A DNA stretch of 64,000 nucleotides from an uncultured virus (IMG/VR IMGVR_UViG_3300012971_000927) (lineage: Duplodnaviria; Heunggongvirae; Uroviricota; Caudoviricetes), in the IMG/VR virus record IMGVR_UViG_3300012971_000927, one strand, 5' to 3'. The notes beneath the pieces are model-generated. The model was not told where the DNA came from, ran no database searches, and saw nothing but the letters and a program-made list of their open reading frames with translations. The position numbers and the translations under genes were made by a program. The number at the start of each line of letters is the position of its first letter. Within the stretch, counting starts at the first letter, position 1. Shown piece by piece: positions 1-8,169 of the stretch.

Positions 1-29
1 CCGCGCCCGCCGGCTGCGGCTGTTTCCGC

Positions 30-251
30 GTGATGACCGAGAAAGAAGGCGACAAACGCTACTCCTGGGACCGCCACGACTTCGCCCAGATTCAGGAAGC
101 CAAGGCGTTCTTCGACAAGTGCGTGGCCGAGGGCCTGGTCCCTCACCGCGTCGGCGTGGATGGCCGTGCCAGCGCCGAGATCATGACCGAGTTTGACCCC
201 CTGGCGGAAGAAATCATTTTTGTGCCGGTCGCGCTCGTGACCGGCGGCTGA
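30..251 (+). CDS. Small protein ending in C-terminal Gly-Gly (possible ubiquitin-like/modifier protein); may begin upstream of the window
   Basis: ORF ends ...EFDPLAEEIIFVPVALVTGG-stop; followed by RBS AAGGAGG of the next gene. Confidence 0.5.
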   Translation: MMTEKEGDKRYSWDRHDFAQIQEAKAFFDKCVAEGLVPHRVGVDGRASAEIMTEFDPLAEEIIFVPVALVTGG

Positions 252-263
252 CAAGGAGGTTAT

Positions 264-1202
264 ATGATCTTCGCCAATACGGCGAGCGGCACCCAGGCTG
301 CTGTATATTTGCAGGCCGTCAACGGCTCCAACACCATCTCCATGCCTGGCACAGTCCGCGCCACCAACATCGAATACGCTCCTTCCGGGGATGCTACCGT
401 GCAAGTTGAATATGACCTGTGGCCACAAACCTGGGGCACTGCCGACGAGGCCACAGGCTGGGTGGTCCGGCACGCTCGCGGCACCGGCGATTCGTGGGTG
501 CAGGTCCGATGGGATCGCGTCACCAACGATACCAACTGCCTCCATTGCGCCGACACGCATGAGTGGGGCTGGGTAGGAACCAATACCACGAGCGCTACCG
601 CCCGTTACACGGCCAGAGTTCTTTATCGCGTAGGAGCGGGCCAGGGTTGGTACGAGGCGTGCCCCGGCGGCTTTGTCTACGCCACCAAAACCCCGGAGGA
701 ACGGCTCAAGGAAATCCTCCAGGCTCGCCAGGCCCCGGCAATCATCGGCTCACGCAAATCCATCCAGGTCACCGCCGACGAGCGGGAACGGCGGGCGCGG
801 GATACGCTCCGTCGCGTCCTGGGTGAAAGCAAGTTCCGCACCTTCATCAAGCAGGGATTCGTGTCGGTGAAGGCGAAAAGTGGCAAGGTCTACCAGATAT
901 TCCCCGGTAATGGCATCACCTGCGTCTACGACCAGGGGCAGATGGTGGAGCGGCTGTGCGTCGTCCTCACCGGGAATTTCCCTCCCACCGACTCGTTGAT
1001 TATGCGGTACATCCTCATTTTGAACAATGAGGAAATGTTCCGCTCCAAGGCCGTCAAGCACGGTGTCGGCCAGTATACCAACGACGCGGTGCAGGCCGTT
1101 GACGACCGCCCGCTCCCCGAAATCTTCGCGGAGTTGAAGGGACGGGGTGCCATCGCCATTGGCCGCACCGCCTCCAAACCGGCGGTCGAGAAGGTGGCGT
1201 AA
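264..1202 (+). CDS. Hypothetical protein; C-terminal domain with RLCV...FPPTD motif
   Basis: 312-aa ORF with strong RBS (AAGGAGG), directly after the GG-ending protein. Confidence 0.7.
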   Translation: MIFANTASGTQAAVYLQAVNGSNTISMPGTVRATNIEYAPSGDATVQVEYDLWPQTWGTADEATGWVVRHARGTGDSWVQVRWDRVTNDTNCLHCADTHEWGWVGTNTTSATARYTARVLYRVGAGQGWYEACPGGFVYATKTPEERLKEILQARQAPAIIGSRKSIQVTADERERRARDTLRRVLGESKFRTFIKQGFVSVKAKSGKVYQIFPGNGITCVYDQGQMVERLCVVLTGNFPPTDSLIMRYILILNNEEMFRSKAVKHGVGQYTNDAVQAVDDRPLPEIFAELKGRGAIAIGRTASKPAVEKVA

Positions 1203-1261
1203 CCATGTTTTCGGCGGGCCGGGGGTTAACGCCTCCGGCCCGTCCTGTTCTCAGGTGTGAA

Positions 1262-1831
1262 ATGCGAGTAATGGATGCCTTGCGTCTCCATCACAAGGAA
1301 GGAACCCACGGCCTGCTGGTGCTGGAGTTCCCGCCCTGTTGCCGGCATATAAAGACCGGCAACAATTGGTACTACCTGTCCTTGCCCTATCAATATTTCT
1401 TCCTCACCTACCGCCGCGCCGGGCCTGCGTTTCTGTTCTTTCCCCTTTGGCTCAGTTCCTTTCGCCTGGCCTGGCGGCGCAAGCCCTTGGAAGATATAAA
1501 CAGCCTGATGGCCCCTTGCGGCCTGCCGATGGGCCAGAACTTTTCGGAATTCTGCCACGGCGACTTCAAAAATATCCCGTGCCTGACCATTTCGCGTTGG
1601 GCAACCTCCATGCTGCACTGGTTCTGGTGTAGCAGTTTTTATTCTGGCGCAGCGCCCTGGGGCATGTGCATGGAGCAGTGGCACACCTGGAGCCGCGAAG
1701 ACCCGGCCTTCGTTCTGCGTATGGGCTGGACGGAAAGCACGCCCCTGCTCAAGTTGCTGACCGATTTGGGATTTAAGAAACTGTCCGAACGCACCAAACT
1801 TCAACCTTTCAGGGGACCGAAACATGATTAA
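1262..1831 (+). CDS. Possible prokaryotic E2 (Prok-E2_D-like) fold protein
   Basis: LEFPP..R, YYLSLPYQYF, LP.....FCHG, WFWCSSF pattern resembles prokaryotic E2 family D; recognised by eye only. Confidence 0.4.
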   Translation: MRVMDALRLHHKEGTHGLLVLEFPPCCRHIKTGNNWYYLSLPYQYFFLTYRRAGPAFLFFPLWLSSFRLAWRRKPLEDINSLMAPCGLPMGQNFSEFCHGDFKNIPCLTISRWATSMLHWFWCSSFYSGAAPWGMCMEQWHTWSREDPAFVLRMGWTESTPLLKLLTDLGFKKLSERTKLQPFRGPKHD

Positions 1832-2129
1832 ATTTGTCGGCACCAACCCCACCACCGGCGACAAGATCATCGGCATCGGTATCACCGCCGGCAACGTGGA
1901 GCGGCTGAAGGAGGGGAAGCCGATCCTGTTCAAACTGTCGGACCTGGGCCTGGACTGGCCCGGAGAGGTCACCATCTTCTACGGCGAGACTGAGGAAAAG
2001 ATCAGCGAGATGCTGGCCGAAGCCGGCCTGATCCCGCCGATCCGCGTGGGAGAGGGCAAGATTACCCTGGACATCCACAAGCAGTGGCCTGGCCGGAAGC
2101 CGCGTCCGGGCGGCAAGCCCCGCGAGTAA
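1824..2129 (+). CDS. Hypothetical protein
   Basis: 101-aa ORF overlapping upstream stop; GITAGNVERLKEGKPI motif. Confidence 0.65.
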   Translation: MIKFVGTNPTTGDKIIGIGITAGNVERLKEGKPILFKLSDLGLDWPGEVTIFYGETEEKISEMLAEAGLIPPIRVGEGKITLDIHKQWPGRKPRPGGKPRE

Positions 2130-2135
2130 GTTTGC

Positions 2136-2165
2136 TTTACAACCCCTTCTTTTCCCCGGTAGAAT
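2136..2165 (+). promoter_or_regulatory. Sigma70-type promoter driving the repeat array and tRNA
   Basis: TTTACA(AC)-18 nt-TAGAAT; member of a motif recurring ~14 times in the window. Confidence 0.7.
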
Positions 2166-2207
2166 ACCTACCGAGACATTCCGCTCTTTGACAACACGGC
2201 GGGTGGT

Positions 2208-2633
2208 ACTTATCCCGCGATGAGCGGGACGGCGTGGAAGCTGGATCAGATGCCGGTCCACCGTTGTGGTATATCCCGCGATGAGCGGGACAGCGTGGAA
2301 GCAAGGTCTACCTTCCCAACAAGGTCGGCCTGACGGTATCCCGCGTGAGCGGGACGGCGTGGAAGTCAGGTGCCGGGGGTATATCGGCAGTGCATATCCC
2401 GCGAAAGCGGGACGGCGTGGAAGCACGACGGGCGCGGCAGTCATCCAGACAGGCCGTGGAGCATATCCCGCGATGTGCGGGACGGCGTGGAAGAACCACG
2501 CGAAGATCATGGCCGGTTTTGTTTTCCGGCAGGCATATCCCGCGATGAGCGGGACGGCGTGGAAGTAAGCCCCGATGGGCCATCGGCTAGGCCAGAGTTC
2601 ATATATCCCGCATAAGCGGGACGGCGTGAAATA
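2208..2633 (+). CRISPR. CRISPR-like mini-array with no cas genes in the window: 7 repeats, 6 unique spacers
   Basis: Consensus (GCA)TATCCCGCGATGAGCGGGACGGCGTGGAAG; cores start at 2211, 2272, 2337, 2395, 2464, 2536, 2604; internal hairpin TCCCGC/GCGGGA; spacers ~26-39 nt; last repeat degenerate (GTGAAAT). Confidence 0.7.
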
Positions 2634-2636
2634 AAC

Positions 2637-2708
2637 GCCCCCATAGCATAATGGAAATGCGACGGCCTCTAAAGCCGATCTACGGGGGTTCGATTCCCCC
2701 TGGGGGCG
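2637..2708 (+). tRNA. Amber-suppressor tRNA (anticodon CUA)
   Basis: Acceptor GCCCCCA/TGGGGGC; D arm GCAT-AATGGAA-ATGC; anticodon arm CGGC-CT CTA AA-GCCG (anticodon 2669-2671); T arm GGGGG-TTCGATT-CCCCC; discriminator G; no encoded CCA. Confidence 0.88.
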
Positions 2709-2780
2709 CTATAAATCTGCTTTACAACCCGCAAGCAGGAACACTACAATAGGAAGGTGCAAAGAAGAGGAGGAACAGTC

Positions 2781-3299
2781 ATGAACGCGAAGCACAAGTT
2801 ACTGGTAGCATCCGCCCGAATGGCGGGTTCCGCTTTTGGTTGCACGGTGGTTTTCGTTCTGGACCACGACGATAACGGGGCCTACGGCGTTGCCGTCAAC
2901 CGCAAGGCCGAGGAAGTCCCCTGCACTTGCGGCCAATGCCCCAAGAATCCGTTCCCGATGTACCTGGGCGGTCCTTGCGACATCAACCACCGCATCATCA
3001 TGCTCCACGGCATCCCCCGTGTCGGGAAGAACAAGCTCCAAGTGATGCCCGGCCTGTGGCACGGTACGCCGAAGACCCTCAACAAGATCGTCAGCACCAT
3101 CCCGATGGACGACCACCGCTTCAAGGTGCTGACGGGTTACGCGGGTTGGGCACCCGGCCAGTTGGAGAACGAAGTTGCCCTGGGCTGCTGGCACGTCATG
3201 GACGCCACCCCCGATTTGATCCTCGACGGCGATCCCGCAGAACTCTGGGAGACGCTGTGCCCGAACACTACCGTTATACCCAAATTCAGCGCCAACTAG
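2781..3299 (+). CDS. YqgE/AlgH (DUF179) family protein
   Basis: TVVFVLDHDDNGAYGVAVNR, YLGGPC, GYAGWAPGQLENE..GCW motifs; RBS GGAGG; promoter at 2721-2750. Confidence 0.85.
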   Translation: MNAKHKLLVASARMAGSAFGCTVVFVLDHDDNGAYGVAVNRKAEEVPCTCGQCPKNPFPMYLGGPCDINHRIIMLHGIPRVGKNKLQVMPGLWHGTPKTLNKIVSTIPMDDHRFKVLTGYAGWAPGQLENEVALGCWHVMDATPDLILDGDPAELWETLCPNTTVIPKFSAN

Positions 3300-3340
3300 A
3301 GATATAAGACGCGACCACCCAGCCCCAAGGAGCCAACAAC

Positions 3341-4393
3341 ATGGTTGCGCATACCCGCATTGCCGAAAAGTTCGCCGCCAGAAAGATCAACCGCCGCACC
3401 GGCGACTGTAGCTGGTGTGGCAGCCGGATATTTTCCACCGGCAACACGCTGTATTCCTACGGCACCCACTTCCCGCTCGCCAAGTATTTGGGTGACCAGG
3501 CCGGGGAACACGTCTTTCTCAAGAATGGCGACCGTTACAGCAGCAGCACGAGCGGCCACCAGTCCATCACGCAGTCTGCTTGCCCTGGCCCTACCGTCTC
3601 CCGCAGCGCCCTGTCGGCTGCCGGCATCAACTTCGAGCAAGTCGTCCTAAATCCGGTGGACGGCGAGCCGCATGTCGTCAGCTATCGCAAGGACTTTCGG
3701 GAATATATCTACCGGGACGAGGACGGGCACTACTGGAAGGAGATGGACTACACCACGGCCAAGGCCCGGCGTCCTACCTTCTCCGAGCCATTCAAGCCGC
3801 CCCGCCAGGGCATGTTCGTGCCCCATTCGTGCAAGGACGAGGACCAGCACTACAAATCAGGGGTCTGGCACATCCTCGGTGCGGCGCTGATCCGTCGCGG
3901 CAACGAAGACTTCCTCTGTTCTCTGGACGAGGGCCAGTATTTCGTGGCCCAGCTACCTGTGCGGGTCAACACCATCGACCAGGCGCTCAAGGCGCTCAAG
4001 CCGGCGGAAGCGCGGCGAGCGGAGCGGGCTGGGAAGCAGGTGTTGCGCCAGGGGGAATGGTTTTTCCTCCCGACAGGGCTGGATCACAAGGGCTTTGCCG
4101 AGCGAGTGGGCCTGCGCAAGACGCAGTTGTTGGAGTTGGCCAAGATCGCGCCCCTCCCGCAACGACCGCGCCCTGACCAACGTGCAGACCCACGCAGCCG
4201 CAACATGCACTGCTGCCGCCAGTATTTCGTGGCTGGCGAGGGCATTTACGCGACCGGCCATGTCTATCACCGCAATGGCTGGAACAACCGCGTTACCAAC
4301 GAGCATCGGACCTTGAAGCTGGGCGACCAGTGGTATAAGGTAGTTCTCAACACCGAAGTGGCCTCTTGGACGGTCGGGGGCCGCTTCGATTAA
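3341..4393 (+). CDS. Hypothetical phage protein
   Basis: 350-aa ORF with RBS AAGGAG; YSYGTHFPLA and RQGEWFF motifs. Confidence 0.75.
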   Translation: MVAHTRIAEKFAARKINRRTGDCSWCGSRIFSTGNTLYSYGTHFPLAKYLGDQAGEHVFLKNGDRYSSSTSGHQSITQSACPGPTVSRSALSAAGINFEQVVLNPVDGEPHVVSYRKDFREYIYRDEDGHYWKEMDYTTAKARRPTFSEPFKPPRQGMFVPHSCKDEDQHYKSGVWHILGAALIRRGNEDFLCSLDEGQYFVAQLPVRVNTIDQALKALKPAEARRAERAGKQVLRQGEWFFLPTGLDHKGFAERVGLRKTQLLELAKIAPLPQRPRPDQRADPRSRNMHCCRQYFVAGEGIYATGHVYHRNGWNNRVTNEHRTLKLGDQWYKVVLNTEVASWTVGGRFD

Positions 4394-4408
4394 CCCCGGA
4401 GGAGCCTG

Positions 4409-4672
4409 ATGGCAAAGAAGACCAAGAACCCGAAAGTGACAGAGAAGGTCGTGCAAACCCTCGAATGCCTACAAGACCGGCACGACGGGTTGGACACGAG
4501 GGAAACCATCCAGTTCTACCGCGCCCTTCGCAAGCATCTGAAGGAATACATCCAGATGCTCAAGGGCAAGGGCCGGAAGGACAGGAAGGACAGGAAGGAC
4601 AAAAGGAAGTCCAAGAAAGGTGAAGCCCATGACAAGGGCGCACCGGAGTCGCCCCCTTCTGAACAGGGATAA
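4409..4672 (+). CDS. Small basic hypothetical protein
   Basis: RBS GGAGG; RKD triplet repeat; followed by a hairpin at ~4700-4745. Confidence 0.6.
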   Translation: MAKKTKNPKVTEKVVQTLECLQDRHDGLDTRETIQFYRALRKHLKEYIQMLKGKGRKDRKDRKDKRKSKKGEAHDKGAPESPPSEQG

Positions 4673-4760
4673 TGATGAGCGACGGACATTGCCAGTCACG
4701 TCCAGGTCCGAAGGGCTGCGGCTCTCCGGGCCTGGACGGTCTTTTATAGGACGGCATGAA

Positions 4761-5279
4761 ATGCACCACATCAAGGTGGAAGTGGTCAAGATTGGGGGGA
4801 AGGTGCCCGACCTTCAATGGCGTTGGCGTGGGGCAATTTACAAAATCCTCTGGGGTCTGTGGCTCGGAATTTGCATCGCCTGGTGTGGTCCGACACCGAC
4901 CGGCTTCCTTCTCGCCGGTTTCTTCGGTGTCATGCTGGGATGCTTTGCCTACGGGCAGGACTTGTGGAAGCGGCGAGCCAATTGGGCGGCGAAGAACCAC
5001 ATGGAACTGATCCATGTCTGCAACGAGCGTGCCAAGGCCGACCTGGACGCCCATGTACGGCAGATGATGGATCACTTCTTTGAGGGGTCGCCTATCCAAA
5101 ACTACACGATCCGGTTGGATGAGAACGGTCTTGTCATCAAAGTGGGGGACGATGACTGCATGGTGCCGGTGGACATGGCGATGCTGGGTGACGACCCGAT
5201 TGCCGCACTGGAGCGGGCACGCATCGAATGGATGTCGGCCAAGGCTAATCTCACCGACCTGGGCAACCGGGGAGATTGA
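4761..5279 (+). CDS. Hypothetical membrane protein
   Basis: Two hydrophobic segments (ILWGLWLGICIAW, FLLAGFFGVMLGCF). Confidence 0.6.
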   Translation: MHHIKVEVVKIGGKVPDLQWRWRGAIYKILWGLWLGICIAWCGPTPTGFLLAGFFGVMLGCFAYGQDLWKRRANWAAKNHMELIHVCNERAKADLDAHVRQMMDHFFEGSPIQNYTIRLDENGLVIKVGDDDCMVPVDMAMLGDDPIAALERARIEWMSAKANLTDLGNRGD

Positions 5280-5280
5280 A

Positions 5281-5673
5281 ATGGTCCTGGTGTTATCGAC
5301 GGCGGGCGAAGTCCAGTCCGTTGTCGAAGTCGCGGTCGCCCCGATGGCGGATCATGGCTTTTCGGAGCATGATATTTTTGGCATGAGACTCGCCCTAGAA
5401 GAAGCAATCGTCAATTCGCTCAAGCACGGAAATAAAAACGCCCCGGACAAGAAGGTTGTGGTCCGCACCGAATACAACTGTCAGGAGGTCATGGTCGAAG
5501 TGCGGGATGAGGGCGAAGGTTTCGACCCCGCCAGTGTCCCCGACCCCAGAGCCGAGGAGAACCTGGGGAAAGATTCAGGCCGTGGACTCCTGCTGATGCG
5601 GTTTTACACGACCTGGATGCAATACAACCGCGTCGGGAATGCAGTTACCCTGTGCAAACGGAAGTCACCATGA
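5281..5673 (+). CDS. RsbW/SpoIIAB-like anti-sigma factor Ser kinase (HATPase_c)
   Basis: RLALEEAIVNSLKHGN (N box), VRDEGEGFD (G1), SGRGLLLM (G2). Confidence 0.88.
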   Translation: MVLVLSTAGEVQSVVEVAVAPMADHGFSEHDIFGMRLALEEAIVNSLKHGNKNAPDKKVVVRTEYNCQEVMVEVRDEGEGFDPASVPDPRAEENLGKDSGRGLLLMRFYTTWMQYNRVGNAVTLCKRKSP

Positions 5674-6135
5674 GCGACCAAAACCTGTTGCGGGAAGCCG
5701 CCAACCTGCTGGTGAACGCGGACGAGGCCATCAACGCCTGCCCCGACTGTTTCCCGGACGCCTACTGCCTCAAACACGCGGAGGAGTGGGGCCAGGCCAT
5801 GCACAAACTCCGCGTAGCCCTGGGGAGGACGGGGCCAGATGAAGCCAAAGATTGTCAGTGAGCAAGTCGCCCGTCGTATGATCGTGTCCGGTGAAGCGGG
5901 CTACTGGTCGCCCTTCGCCAACCCGCCCATCGAACACGATGAAACGACCATCGTGCTGGTTCAAGGGAAGTTCTACTTGGTGCCCGCCGAGTATTTCCAT
6001 GTCCAGGCGCTAGGGCCGTGCGGCGTTGGACATGACGGCAGGATGAAGGGACTGCACAACATCACCATCAACGAAAGTCAATTACCCGACTTAGTGGCTT
6101 TGATCCAACAGGAGATCGCGCGTTATGGAAAATAA
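5670..6135 (+). other. Two small overlapping hypothetical ORFs (5670-5861, 5839-6135)
   Basis: Overlapping start/stop codons in operon arrangement. Confidence 0.5.
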
Positions 6136-6997
6136 GAACATCGACCTGGCCAACTGGATTGGCGTGGTGAAGCTCCAGAAGGTCAACTGGATGCAGGCCA
6201 ACCCCAAGCAGCCCGACATGAACCCGATGGTCATTGTGGAGCGGGAAGGCATCATCCGCGCCGTCCTTATCGCCCGCCGGCTCGACAAGTACGAGGGCCT
6301 GAACGTCGCCCTGGCTGCCCGCCGTGGCTTCGCCGCCGACGCCCTGACCCTGATCTGCGATGCCCACGTCGCCACGGCCAAATCCGGCGACGACAAGTTC
6401 ATGGAGAAATACAAGGAACCCGGTTCGATGCAACGGGCCTGTGACGAGCAGGGTGCCTGCAAAACCCGCGAGATCACCGACTGCATGATCTGCACCCGCG
6501 TCCGCGCCTCGGACGGCAAGACGCAGCATGTGACCTTGCCGTACTTCTACGACGAGAAATACGGGGGCGAGTTCCACTGGCTGGACGATGAAATCTGCAA
6601 CATGGATGAAAGCGATAGCGAAGTCCGGCTGACGGGCCTGATCCCCGAAAGCCTCAAGAAGATCATCCGCGAGCCGACGCTGCTGGACATCCCCGAACTG
6701 CAACGGGCTGCCAAAATCCTGGGCATTCCCCTGGATGATAAGGAGCGCCAGTTATATCATGGTGGTCGGGCCATCTGCCGCGTGCTGGCAGAACACGGTC
6801 ACCTGTGCATGATGCTGGAGGAACGCCCGGACATGGAGGACGTATGCCATACCGAGTCGGATTCAACGAAACAGACGGGGACCGCCACTTCAAGTGGGTC
6901 GAGGACGCACGCGGGCCGCAGTACGGGCAGCACTCCGTCCGGTTCTCGTGGCCGGTCCACGAAGAAGCAAAAGTCAAAACGGCGCAAGAAGCGGTAG
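6125..6997 (+). CDS. Hypothetical protein
   Basis: 290-aa ORF; low-complexity tail overlaps the next gene. Confidence 0.7.
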   Translation: MENKNIDLANWIGVVKLQKVNWMQANPKQPDMNPMVIVEREGIIRAVLIARRLDKYEGLNVALAARRGFAADALTLICDAHVATAKSGDDKFMEKYKEPGSMQRACDEQGACKTREITDCMICTRVRASDGKTQHVTLPYFYDEKYGGEFHWLDDEICNMDESDSEVRLTGLIPESLKKIIREPTLLDIPELQRAAKILGIPLDDKERQLYHGGRAICRVLAEHGHLCMMLEERPDMEDVCHTESDSTKQTGTATSSGSRTHAGRSTGSTPSGSRGRSTKKQKSKRRKKR

Positions 6998-7440
6998 ACT
7001 GGATATACGCCAAACTCATGGCCCAGACGGACGCGGTGTACGTCACCGACGCCCGTGGCCTCAAGGCCGAAGAAGCGGGCATCCCCTTGCCGAAAGGGGA
7101 TGCCCTCGCGTTGTTGAACAACGAGGCGTATGTGTTTCTCAATGTGGAAATTGGCGGCAAGGGCCACCTGCAATATAGCGCCCATGCTGAATACGAGCCG
7201 CCGGCCTGGCGGACCAGTATCGGCTGGGCGGCGCAAACCTGGCCTGTCTTTCTCGGTTTCATCCCGGCCCTGCTGCTGGCCGTTATCATTTCGCTGCTGG
7301 GTGGCAAGTTTGGTGACGGGTCGGGCAACGAGTCGGGCCTGGCTCATTTCTTTGGGCTTGCCTGGGTGATCGGCCTGGTCCTGATGGCCCTGATCGTGGC
7401 CTCCTGTGGGCTGGGGTTATTCTTTTTCTTGCGGGGCTGA
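6844..7440 (+). CDS. Hypothetical membrane protein
   Basis: RBS GGAGG before ATG 6844; two C-terminal hydrophobic helices. Confidence 0.6.
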   Translation: MPYRVGFNETDGDRHFKWVEDARGPQYGQHSVRFSWPVHEEAKVKTAQEAVDWIYAKLMAQTDAVYVTDARGLKAEEAGIPLPKGDALALLNNEAYVFLNVEIGGKGHLQYSAHAEYEPPAWRTSIGWAAQTWPVFLGFIPALLLAVIISLLGGKFGDGSGNESGLAHFFGLAWVIGLVLMALIVASCGLGLFFFLRG

Positions 7441-7441
7441 C

Positions 7442-8169
7442 GTGCTTATCTACTTCATTCAGGGCAAGCGCATCGAGTTCGATGACTCAAAACGCTACCT
7501 TGATTTTCAAGTTAAGACCGACACCCAGGAGAGATTCCTCACCCAAGTGGATTGGCCGCTCTTGCTGGGGAAGATGGAGAGACGCGAGTGGACCCTGGCA
7601 GACGATGAGTTCATTGACTTCCTCCGCTTCTTGGAACGCTGGGTATTCGACGCCCCTCGCAAACGGGCGCACCGACAGGCGATCCTCGAAGGCAGTATGG
7701 GTTTCCTCACCCGCGAATATTTCTTCGAGGACCACCTGGAGGGCGAACAGATCATCAACGAATTGGAAAACACCGGCCTGTTCGCCCGTTATTTGCTCGT
7801 CACCTTGGGCCTGGGTGCCGAGAATTATTGGGACACCCACAGGCCCCTGCCCTTTTAAGGGGAACGCCAATGGCTGAATTAACGCCTCAACTGCGCCAGG
7901 AAGTCGCGGACTTCGTGCGCGATACCATCGAGGTCTACAAGACCAAAGCGCGTACCCCACAGACCCTCCAGAAGATGGAACAAATCCACATCACGCAGGA
8001 GGGTCACCCGAATGTGGTGGTTGACGGCTACTTCGACATGGTGGAAGGGGAGGACTTGAAGACCGGGGTGTTCACATACGACGACACTATGATCCTGCTT
8101 TACCAGGAGTTGGAATCGCTGGGTGCCGGGCTGGAACTTATTGGTGGTCCTGGCAAATATCGGGTTTAG
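7442..8169 (+). other. Two hypothetical ORFs (7442-7858, 7870-8169)
   Basis: Tightly packed ORFs on the operon strand. Confidence 0.6.

Noticed and set aside
1809..2615. ORFs across the repeat array (1809-2510, 2266-2568, 2308-2583, 2370-2615)
   Set aside because: These are translations of the repeats; no RBS, and frames shift between units
2208..2633. Tandem glutamine (glnA) riboswitches, hammerhead ribozymes or type III antitoxin repeats
   Set aside because: Only GGAAG/GATGAG fragments are shared; the closing P1 and E-loop, the CUGANGA/GAAA core, and near-identical tandem units are all absent
2637..2708. Reading the tRNA as Arg(UCU)
   Set aside because: Stem CGGC/GCCG fixes the 7-nt loop as CT-CTA-AA; a TCT-centred loop does not pair
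264..4393. cas genes flanking the array
   Set aside because: No Cas1/2/3/5/6/7 or RuvC-type motifs recognisable; neighbours are YqgE-like and hypothetical. Remote homology cannot be excluded without a search
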